Shown here piece by piece: positions 27,521-36,200 of a stretch of 64,000 nt of DNA (position 1 is the stretch's first letter; every line of letters begins with the position of its first letter). Position numbers and translations under genes: made by a program. The DNA comes from Candidatus Poribacteria bacterium (GTDB taxonomy: Bacteria; Poribacteria; WGA-4E; GCA-2687025): the NCBI GenBank assembly GCA_028818695.1, contig JAPPNK010000026.1:135164-199163 (forward strand). Direction: 5' to 3'. Under the pieces are notes generated by a model. The model was not told where the DNA came from, ran no database searches, and worked only from the letters and a program-made list of their open reading frames with translations.

Positions 27521-28585
27521 TCAGGAAAGGCGCCACAGCCGGACGGCGTCGCAGTTCGTTCCCGCCGCGAGCGTCTTGCCGTCCGGCGAAAACGCGAAAT
27601 CATAGACCGTCAGCGTCATTTCTTCTATCTCGCGGAGCAGCTCCCCGCGCTCCACATTCCACAGCCGCGCCGCGTTGCCGTCGCTCCCGGTCGCCAGCGT
27701 CTTGCCGTCCGGCGAAAACGCCAGCGAAATCACCGCGTCTTTGTTGACGCCCCAAGCGACCGTCTTCGGCGACGGATTGGAGCCTGCAAAAGCCTCCAGC
27801 CGCTCGCCCGTGTCGACCTCCCACAGCAGCGCGGCGTTGTCGTTCCCGCCGCTCGCCAGCAGCGACCCGTCCGGCGAAAACGCGAGCGAGAGGACATCGT
27901 CCGTATGCCCCTTCAATGTTGCCGTCAACGCTTCGGTTTCGATGTCCCGCAACAGGACGGAGCGGTCATGTCCGCCGGCGGCGAGCGTTTTGCCGTCCGG
28001 CGACAAGGCGGCGGCGCCGTTTCCTTCAAAGGTTTTCAACAGCTCGGCGGTCTCAACATCCCACAGCCGAACAAGATTGTCGGCGGCGCCTGTGACGAGC
28101 GTTTTGCCGTCCGGAGAAAAAGCGAGCAGACCGACGGCGCTCTCATGCGGCAGGTTTGTCATCAGCTTCGGCTCCTCAATGCTCTGCTGTTGGACGCTCT
28201 GCCCCCTTATCTTTTCGGTCGTCCAAACGATGACAACCGGCTCATAGGCGTCGGAGTTGACGCTCCATAGATGGACCGCGCTGCCGTCCCCGCCGGAGGC
28301 GAGCGTCTTGCCGTCGGGCGAGAAGGCGACCGTCCGCACAGGTCCATGATGCGCCAGCGATCGGAGATGCGCCCCTGTGCCGGCGTCCCAAAGGCGAACC
28401 GTTCTGTCCCATCCGCCTGTCGCTAACAGCGTTCCGTCCGGCGAATACGCGACCGAGCAGATGTGGCTCGTATGTCCATGAACGGCGACTCCCTCAATAT
28501 AATGGGGAATATGGTACTTGCTTCGCTCAACCTGCCGAGGGCGCATCTTTTCAAGTATGATCGGGTTCATCCATCTCCCATTCAT
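27521..28585 (-). CDS. WD40 beta-propeller protein (paralogue a)
   Basis: 7 WD repeats (FSPDGKTLA.G..D..VRLWD); N-terminal YHIPHYIEG motif shared with paralogues b and c. Confidence 0.85.
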   Translation of the reverse strand: MNGRWMNPIILEKMRPRQVERSKYHIPHYIEGVAVHGHTSHICSVAYSPDGTLLATGGWDRTVRLWDAGTGAHLRSLAHHGPVRTVAFSPDGKTLASGGDGSAVHLWSVNSDAYEPVVIVWTTEKIRGQSVQQQSIEEPKLMTNLPHESAVGLLAFSPDGKTLVTGAADNLVRLWDVETAELLKTFEGNGAAALSPDGKTLAAGGHDRSVLLRDIETEALTATLKGHTDDVLSLAFSPDGSLLASGGNDNAALLWEVDTGERLEAFAGSNPSPKTVAWGVNKDAVISLAFSPDGKTLATGSDGNAARLWNVERGELLREIEEMTLTVYDFAFSPDGKTLAAGTNCDAVRLWRLS

Positions 28586-28740
28586 TGAGAAATGCCGTCT
28601 GTGTCCGAAGCTGTGTTAATCCTTAAAGATAGAACAACGGCAAGGGCGGAGTCGCTCTCGGACAAGTTGAATCGCATCCGCTGTCGGCGCGGTTTAGGCA
28701 GGGCGGGAAGCGTCCGCAGCCCCCGCCCTTTCTCCGCCTA

Positions 28741-29784
28741 TCAGGACAGGTCCCACAGCTGGACGGTGTCATAATGCGTCCCCGCCGCAAGCGTCTTGCC
28801 GTCCGGCGAAAACGCGACATCATAGATTGTTAGCGTCATCCCCTCCAGCTCCCGAATCAGCTCCCGACGCTCCACATCCCAAAGCCGTATTGTGTTGCCG
28901 ATGCTGCCGGTTGCGAGCGTCTTGCCGTCCGGCGAAAACGCGACCGACTCAATCGAGTCCTTGCTGTCTTCCCATACGCGCGTCTTCGGCGACGGCTCCG
29001 ACACGCCGTCAAATGCCGCCAGCCTCTCGCCGCTTTCAATGTCCCACAGCAGGGCGGCGTTGTCCTCCCCGCCGCTGGCGAGCAGCTTTCCGTCCGGCGA
29101 AAAAGCGAGCGAGCAAACGCTGTCTGTATGCCCCTCAAAAGTTTTTGCCAGCTGTTCGGTTTCGATGTCCCACAACAGGACGGAGCGGTCATGTCCGCCG
29201 GCGGCGATCGTCCTGCCGTCCGGCGACAAGGCGGCTGCCCGATTTCCTTCAAAGGTTTTCAACAGCTCGGCGGTCTCGGCATCCCACAGGCGAACAAGGT
29301 TGTCGACGGCGCCTGTGACAAGCGTCTTGCCGTCGGGAGAAAAGGCGGCAGATCTCACCATGCCCCCATGCGGCAGCATTTTATGATGCTTGCGTTCTTC
29401 GAAGCTCTTCCGTTCGACGCGCCGCCCGTCCGGTTCTGTCGACCATGTGGTTGTGATGGAGCTCTCAACGGGTTCATAGTCGACGCTCCATAGCATGACC
29501 TCGTTTTCTTCGGAGCCTGCGGCAAGCGTCTTGCTGTCGGGAGAAAAGGCGAGCGTCCAGACGGACCCTTTCAGCGACGTTGAGCGAATTTGCGCCCCTG
29601 TGTCGGCGTCCCACAGGCGAACTGTCTTGTCCCATCCGCCGGTCGCCAGAAGCTTCCCGTCCGGCGAGAAGGCGACCGAGAAGATATGGCTGTCATGACC
29701 GCTGATGATAATTCCCTCAACATAATGCGGAATCTGGTAGTTTTTCGATTCCAGCTGTCGGGCGCGCATCTCTTGAAAAGCCAT
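28741..29784 (-). CDS. WD40 beta-propeller protein (paralogue b)
   Basis: First about 100 aa identical to paralogue c; 7 WD repeats. Confidence 0.85.
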   Translation of the reverse strand: MAFQEMRARQLESKNYQIPHYVEGIIISGHDSHIFSVAFSPDGKLLATGGWDKTVRLWDADTGAQIRSTSLKGSVWTLAFSPDSKTLAAGSEENEVMLWSVDYEPVESSITTTWSTEPDGRRVERKSFEERKHHKMLPHGGMVRSAAFSPDGKTLVTGAVDNLVRLWDAETAELLKTFEGNRAAALSPDGRTIAAGGHDRSVLLWDIETEQLAKTFEGHTDSVCSLAFSPDGKLLASGGEDNAALLWDIESGERLAAFDGVSEPSPKTRVWEDSKDSIESVAFSPDGKTLATGSIGNTIRLWDVERRELIRELEGMTLTIYDVAFSPDGKTLAAGTHYDTVQLWDLS

Positions 29785-29875
29785 GATATTTGTCCTCCGT
29801 TCATCTGAAAGCGATCAATTCGTATGCTTGTCTGTAGAAGATAACATGGAGGCGGAATCAAATCAAGCGGACGGG

Positions 29876-30042
29876 CTGACCTTAGCGCTTTAGTTGGGAC
29901 ATGTCGACATGCGAACGCGGACGTCGTCTGTTGGACTCTGGATTCCCGCTTTCGCGGGAATGACGGCCTGGTTGGCGGCGCCTGTTTCCCATAAATAGAG
30001 CGATCATTCGTTCAAATGTCCCAACTTTACGTATGAGGTCGG
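29876..30042. mobile_element. MITE-like element copy with target-site duplication
   Basis: Inverted orientation relative to copy 1; flanked by direct GGACGGG / GGACGGG. The paralogous site upstream of WD40-c (about 31196-31210) has a single GGACGGG directly followed by TTTCCGCCCC (empty site). Confidence 0.75.
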
Positions 30043-30069
30043 GACGGGTTTCTGCCCCTTCGCCGCCTG

Positions 30070-31110
30070 TCAGGACAGGTCCCACAGCTGGACGGTGTCG
30101 TAGTATGTCGCCGCCGCGAGCGTCTTGCCGTCTGGCGAAAATGCGACGTCATAGATTGTCAACGTCATCCCCTCCAGCTCTCGAAGCAGCTCCCTGCGCT
30201 CCACATCCCAAAGCCGTATCGTGTCGCCGGCGCCGGTCGCAAGCGTTTTGCTGTCCGGTGAAAATGCAAGCGAGCGGACATTGCCTCTGTAAATCCCCCA
30301 TTCGTCCTCCGTTGCCGACGACGGATCGGTTCCTTCAAAAGCCGCCAGCCGCTCGCCCGTCTCGGTCTCCCACAGCAGGGCGGCGTTGTCGTTCCCGCCT
30401 GACGCCAGCAGCCTTCCGTCCGGCGAGAACGCGAGCGAAAGGACCTCGTCCGTATGCCCCTTAAAAATTTTTGTCAGCTGTTCGGTTTCGATGTCCCACA
30501 ACAGGACGGAGCAGTCATGTCCGCCGGCGGCGATCGTCCTGCCGTCCGGCGACAAGGCGGCCGCCCGATTTCCTTCAAAGGTTTTCAACAGCTCAGCGGT
30601 CTCAACATCCCACAGCCGAACAAGGTTGTCGACGGCGCCTGTGACAAGCGTCTTGTTGTCGGGAGAAAAGGCGGCAGATCTCACCATGCCCCCATGCGGC
30701 AGCATTTCATAATGCTTTTGCGTTTCTCGAATCTCTTCCGTTTGACGCGCCGCCCGTCCGGTTCTGTCGATCACGGTTGTGACGGCGCGCCGAACGGCTT
30801 CATGGCTGACGCTCCATAGCATGACCTCGTTTTCTTCGGAGCCTGCGGCGAGCGTCTTGCTGTCGGGAGAGAAGGCGAGCGTCCAGACCGACCCTTTCAG
30901 CGACGTTGAACGAATTTGCGCTCCTGTGTCGGCGTCCCACAGGCGAACCGTCTTGTCCCATCCGCCGGTCGCCAGAAGCTTCCCGTCCGGCGAGAAGGCG
31001 ACCGAGAAGATATGGCTGTCATGACCGCTGATGATAATTCCCTCAACATAATGCGGAATCTGGTAGTTTTTCGATTCCAGCTGTCGGGCGCGCATCTCTT
31101 GAAAAGCCAT
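30070..31110 (-). CDS. WD40 beta-propeller protein (paralogue c)
   Basis: 7 WD repeats; near-identical to b over the N-terminal third; upstream region (31111-31200) near-identical to that of b (29785-29875). Confidence 0.85.
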   Translation of the reverse strand: MAFQEMRARQLESKNYQIPHYVEGIIISGHDSHIFSVAFSPDGKLLATGGWDKTVRLWDADTGAQIRSTSLKGSVWTLAFSPDSKTLAAGSEENEVMLWSVSHEAVRRAVTTVIDRTGRAARQTEEIRETQKHYEMLPHGGMVRSAAFSPDNKTLVTGAVDNLVRLWDVETAELLKTFEGNRAAALSPDGRTIAAGGHDCSVLLWDIETEQLTKIFKGHTDEVLSLAFSPDGRLLASGGNDNAALLWETETGERLAAFEGTDPSSATEDEWGIYRGNVRSLAFSPDSKTLATGAGDTIRLWDVERRELLRELEGMTLTIYDVAFSPDGKTLAAATYYDTVQLWDLS

Positions 31111-31313
31111 GATTTTTGTCCTCCGTTCATCTGAAAGCGGTCAATTTGTATGCTTGTCTGTAGAAGATAACACGGAGACGGAATCGAGTCAAACGGACGG
31201 GTTTCCGCCCCGCCCTTGGTCTGAGCGGCGGATGTTGACACGCATGCTGAACGGCGCCATAGTGTTTCGAATCAGCGCATACGCAGCATTGAACTTTGTA
31301 AGGAGCGCAGCCA

Positions 31314-32354
31314 ATGTGGACAGACCTTTCAAACCTTTATCTTGACCGAGACGCCGAGTCGCGCTCGTTGACCGCCGAAAACCCGACCGGAGCCGTCGGA
31401 AAAGGCGCGATGGACGACCCAGGCGGACACGGACCCGCCCGCGAACTGGGCGTCGGATGGAAAGTGACCCCCTGCCTTCAACTGAAAGCGGGCGAAACCG
31501 CGACGCTCATGAACAACGACGGACCGGGCGTCGTCCGCCACATCTGGATCACCTTCCGCGAATCGCATTACAGGCATCTCATCCTGCGCATCTACTGGGA
31601 CGGGGACGACCAGCCCTCCGTCGAAACCCCCCTCGGCGACTTCATGTGCAACGCATGGAACGCCCGCCAGAACATCCTCTCCATTCCCATGAACGTCAAC
31701 CCGTCCGGCGGAATGAACTGCTACTTTCCGATGCCGTTCCGCAAACATGCCAAGATCACCGTTGAAAACGATTCGACGGAAGATCTCAGCCACCTCTTTT
31801 ACACGATCAACTACACGCTGGAATCGGTCCCCGACGACGCGCTCTACTTCCACGCGCAGTGGCGGCGCAGCAACCCGCTCCCCTACGGCGAGGAGTATCT
31901 CATGGCGGACGGCATCGAAGGGCGCGGGCAGTATGTCGGAACCTTCATGGCGTGGCAGCAGAACAACGCCGGCTGGTGGGGCGAAGGCGAAATCAAAATG
32001 TATCTGGACGGCGACGACCCGCACCCGACCATCTGCGGCACCGGGACGGAGGATTACTTCGGCGGCGCATGGTGCTTCGGCGCTAGTTTCAGCGCCCCGT
32101 ACCTCGGCTTTGACCAAGTCCGTGGACGTTCGGGCGAGGTCGGCGCGCGGATGACGCTTTACAGGTTCCACGCCCTGGACCCCGTCTATTTCAAGAAAAG
32201 CCTGCGGGTAACGATGCAGGCGCTCGGCTGGCGCTCGCAGGGGCGGTTCCTTCCGCTTCAAGACGACATCTCATCGGTCGTGTACTGGTACCAGACGCTG
32301 CCGCATGCGCCGCTTCCGCCGCTCCCCGACCGCAACAGCAGAGAAATCATCTAA
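31314..32354 (+). CDS. DUF2961 (glycoside hydrolase family 172-like) protein
   Basis: Conserved WGEGEIKMYLDGD, GTGTEDYFGGAW segments typical of DUF2961. Confidence 0.7.
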   Translation: MWTDLSNLYLDRDAESRSLTAENPTGAVGKGAMDDPGGHGPARELGVGWKVTPCLQLKAGETATLMNNDGPGVVRHIWITFRESHYRHLILRIYWDGDDQPSVETPLGDFMCNAWNARQNILSIPMNVNPSGGMNCYFPMPFRKHAKITVENDSTEDLSHLFYTINYTLESVPDDALYFHAQWRRSNPLPYGEEYLMADGIEGRGQYVGTFMAWQQNNAGWWGEGEIKMYLDGDDPHPTICGTGTEDYFGGAWCFGASFSAPYLGFDQVRGRSGEVGARMTLYRFHALDPVYFKKSLRVTMQALGWRSQGRFLPLQDDISSVVYWYQTLPHAPLPPLPDRNSREII

Positions 32355-32368
32355 CAGGAGAACATGTC

Positions 32369-33181
32369 ATGAGTCCGATACAGGTCGTCATCAACGGAGC
32401 CGCCGGAAAAATGGGGCGAATGATCGCCGCAGGCGTCCATAGCCAGGACGATATGCAGGTTGCCGCCGGCGTAGAGGCGCCCGGCTCCCCGCATCTCGGT
32501 CAAGACGCGGGAGAACTGGCGGGAGTCGGCTTCCTTGAGGCGCCCGTCGTCGAGTCGCTCGAAACGGTCATCGACAAGGCGGACGTTCTGATCGAGTTCA
32601 CGCGCCCCGGACCGACGCTCCAGCATCTCCGCGCCGCCGCGCGGACGCAAACGCCGTTTGTGATTGCAACCACCGGCTTTGAAGAGGAAGAGCTGGCTGA
32701 AATCAGCGAACTGGCGCAGCAGACGCCGACCGTCATGGCGCCGAATTTCAGCGTCGGGGTGAACACGCTCATCAAGGCGGTCGCCCTCGTCGCCGAGACG
32801 CTGGGAGACGCCTACGACATTGAGATTGTGGAGGCGCACCACAACGAAAAGGTGGACGCGCCCAGCGGAACCGCCGTCCGTCTGGCGGATGTCGCCGCGG
32901 AGGCGGTCGGGCGTTCGATGCGCAGTGTCGGCGTCTATGGGCGGCATGGGATCGTCGGCGCGCGGAAGCCGAAGGAGATCGGGGTCCACGCGGTGCGCGG
33001 CGGAGACATTGTCGGCGACCACACGGTCATGTTTGCGGGGAAGGGGGAACGGATTGAGCTGGTACACCGCTCGCAAAGCCGAGAAGCGTTTGCGAGCGGC
33101 GCCATCCGAGCGGCGCGCTGGATCGTCTCGGCGCCGAAGGGGCTGCATAGCTTCGATGACGTTCTCTTCGGACAAGATTAA
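32369..33181 (+). CDS. dapB: 4-hydroxy-tetrahydrodipicolinate reductase
   Basis: N-terminal NGAAGKMGR NAD(P) site; EIVEAHHNEKVDAPSGTA signature of DapB; 270 aa. Confidence 0.9.
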   Translation: MSPIQVVINGAAGKMGRMIAAGVHSQDDMQVAAGVEAPGSPHLGQDAGELAGVGFLEAPVVESLETVIDKADVLIEFTRPGPTLQHLRAAARTQTPFVIATTGFEEEELAEISELAQQTPTVMAPNFSVGVNTLIKAVALVAETLGDAYDIEIVEAHHNEKVDAPSGTAVRLADVAAEAVGRSMRSVGVYGRHGIVGARKPKEIGVHAVRGGDIVGDHTVMFAGKGERIELVHRSQSREAFASGAIRAARWIVSAPKGLHSFDDVLFGQD

Positions 33182-33231
33182 GGCTATACTCGGCGGCAAG
33201 ACGACGCGCCGACACAACGGAGAATTCCCGC

Positions 33232-36200
33232 ATGCAGATTTCCAACGACAGCGACCGCGCCATCGCCGAGGCTCTGGACGAACTAAATGAGATGAGTTCT
33301 CAAGCGACAGACGGCAAGTGGCTGGAAGAGATCACCGTAGACGCAGGTCCGCACATCAGGGACTGGGACGTCTTGGAATGCTGGAGCTGGGCGGATTGGC
33401 CCGATCGGTACCGTATCTTTTCCGTCGATTCCAAGACGGATCTTGGCATCGACGTTGTGGCGAAGCGTCGCAGCGATGGCAAGCATATCGCCGTCCAATG
33501 CAAGTCGCGTCGGTTGGATGAACATGGCAACGGCGCTCCCGTCTTGAAACACGAGATGGACAAGTTTATCAGCGCGTCGGCGAATCCGTTTTGGGCGGAG
33601 CGGTGGCTCGTCACGAACGGCAGCATTCCGCAAAGCCCGCAGCTCCAATCCGCCCTTAAATTGCAGAGCGATTCGGCTAAGGTTAAGTGGGTCAACATCG
33701 CTTCCGCCCTTCAACAGCAACAAAACGCCGCTGTCGAATACAGTGACCCATGCCCGCATTGCGAACCGAACCCAGACGGCGAGTTTCGCATTCAAACGAA
33801 AAACTGCATGCAGCGGGAAGCGGTCAAAAACAGCGTCCGCATTCTGAAAGAGCATGAGCAGTCGGACAGCGGCGGACTGCCAATCGGTCAAGCGCGCGGC
33901 AGGATCATCCTGCCCTGCGGAACCGGCAAAACCCGCATCTCTCTGCGGATTGTGGAAAAGCTGACAGCGCAGGGCGAGCTCTCCATCGTGCTTTGCCCGT
34001 CCATCGCCCTCGTCGCGCAAATTCGGCGGGAGTATCTGCAGCATAATAACGTTAAAATAAGAGCATTGGCGGTCTGTTCTGATAAAACGGCGGGATACAA
34101 CCCGAAAAAAGAGGACGCTGTCGTCAACAGCGACGACCCCACCATTGACCGAAGCAACGTGAGCGCGGCGGAAGTGAAAGGGATGGTGACGACCGATCCG
34201 AACGAGATCGCCGAATGGATCCAAGACCCGATGAGCGAAGGAGCCGTCAACGTCATCTTCGGAACCTATCAGAGCGGACGCCGCATCGCCGAGGCGCTGC
34301 GCCAAACGGAGACTACGGCAAAGGTACTCATTGCGGACGAAGCGCATCGAACCGCCGGCTTCAGGCAAACAAAAGGCAAGAACGCGTCTAAAGTGGAAGA
34401 GAATATACGAAGCTTCACCCTCTGCCATGACAACGACAAATTCCCCGCAACATACCGCGTCTATCAAACGGCGACGCCGAAACAGTACAGCGGAGCGAAA
34501 CAAATCAGTAAAAATGCCGACTACATCATCCGCTCCATGGACGATGAAACCGTCTTTGGGGTTGAGCTGTACCGCAAATCCTACGTCGAAGCGGTCGAGA
34601 ACGAATGGCTGTCCGACTACCGAATCATCGCGCTGGCGATCAACAACCATGACGCGTACGAACAAGCGAACGCGCTAGCGAAAAAGACGCTAAGCAAGAA
34701 ACTGAATACGAACAACTACATACGCGGACTCGCGTTTGCGCTGGCGATGGGCGGAGCGGCGCAAGACGCAGGCGAGGACGATATCAAACTCGAATCATGC
34801 ATCGCTTTCATGAATACGGTCGACAAATCGAAAAACATGGCGCAAGACCTGCAAACGGACGCTGTCAAGCAGTGGGTTCAGAAATGGCTCAACGAAAACG
34901 GACAGCAAGATCGAAAAGCGGCTGATTACAGCCTCGAACATCTGGACGCCTCAAGCAACGTCACTCAACGCGACAACGGCAAAATAAAATTGGCGGACGC
35001 CGACGAAACAGCCCCGCATGGAATCCTCAATGTCGGCATCTTCGGCGAAGGAACCGACTCGCCGTCTCTCAGCGCCGTCGCCTTTCTAGAGCCGCGCAAA
35101 AGTCCCATTGACGTCGTTCAAGCGGTCGGAAGAGCGATGCGTACGGCGCCCGGCAAAAGTTACGGATACGTCATCTGCCCCATTGTCATACCCGCCAACG
35201 CCGACCCAGAACAGTGGCTCAGCACAAGCGAAAAGGAGGAAGGATGGGAAGAACTGGGGCAAATCCTGCTCGCGCTGCGGGCGCACGACAATCGGATCGA
35301 AGATGAACTGGAAAAGTTCCTAAAACTGTACATACCGCCTCCGCCGGAGATTCAGAAAACGATCGTCGCCGTCGCGCGCCAAGAAGGCAAGCGCATCCAA
35401 TATCGCGAACATGAAGGTAAACCGGGAGACGCCGAGAGAGCGCTGCAACGCGCCCTGGACGGGGAAAGCTATGAAGCGGCCGGACTGACGCCGCTCAAAG
35501 AAGAGTCAACGAACGAATTCAGCGGCGTTAGAGAGAAACCTGCCCTGCCGAAACCAAGCGAACCGATCCAGCATACCGCCATCATCGCCGGAAAGAAAAA
35601 CAGCGACGGCGGAACCGAAATGCGCATCGCCTCCGTTCAAAGAGACAAACCGAAGGCGAACGAACTCGTCGGGAAGGTGAATTTCGACAAGTCGAAGAAA
35701 AAAGCGAAAGACATGATCAATAAGGGCGACGGCGTCCGCCTGCCGCTGCCCAAACCTAGAACGCGAAGAACCGAAAAAGAACGACGGGAACTGTCCGGTA
35801 AGTTGTTCCTAGAACGGAGCGGACTGGAAGAAAGCGGAAAAGCGATCTGCATGAACCTGCTGAAAAAGTCCGGACTCTGCAGAAACCGAGTCGAAAGAGA
35901 CCTGAACATCCTAGAAGCAAGCGTCAACGAAGCGGCGCATCATCTGCGAGACGAAAAGATGGGCGCCGTACTCGACAAGCATTTCGGACTGGACAGGCTC
36001 AAAAAAACGAGCGGCAAGCAGCCGGCGGACGGAAGTACGACCGCCGCATTGCTGATGATGAACGCTGCCATGCTCCATCAGCGTATCTGCAACGGCGGCT
36101 GGTTCAAAGGCGTCAAATCGCTGAGCGAAATCAAAAACGACGCAAGAGTTATACAGCGAATCTGCAGAGAATGGGAACGCATCCTGCGGGAAGATTTTCG

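Noticed and set aside
27418-27603. Small ORFs 27418..27603 and 28623..28823 (similar MxSRFRRTARR... peptides)
   Set aside because: They overlap the 3' ends of WD40-a and WD40-b in an alternate frame. Their similarity is a by-product of the WD40 paralogy.
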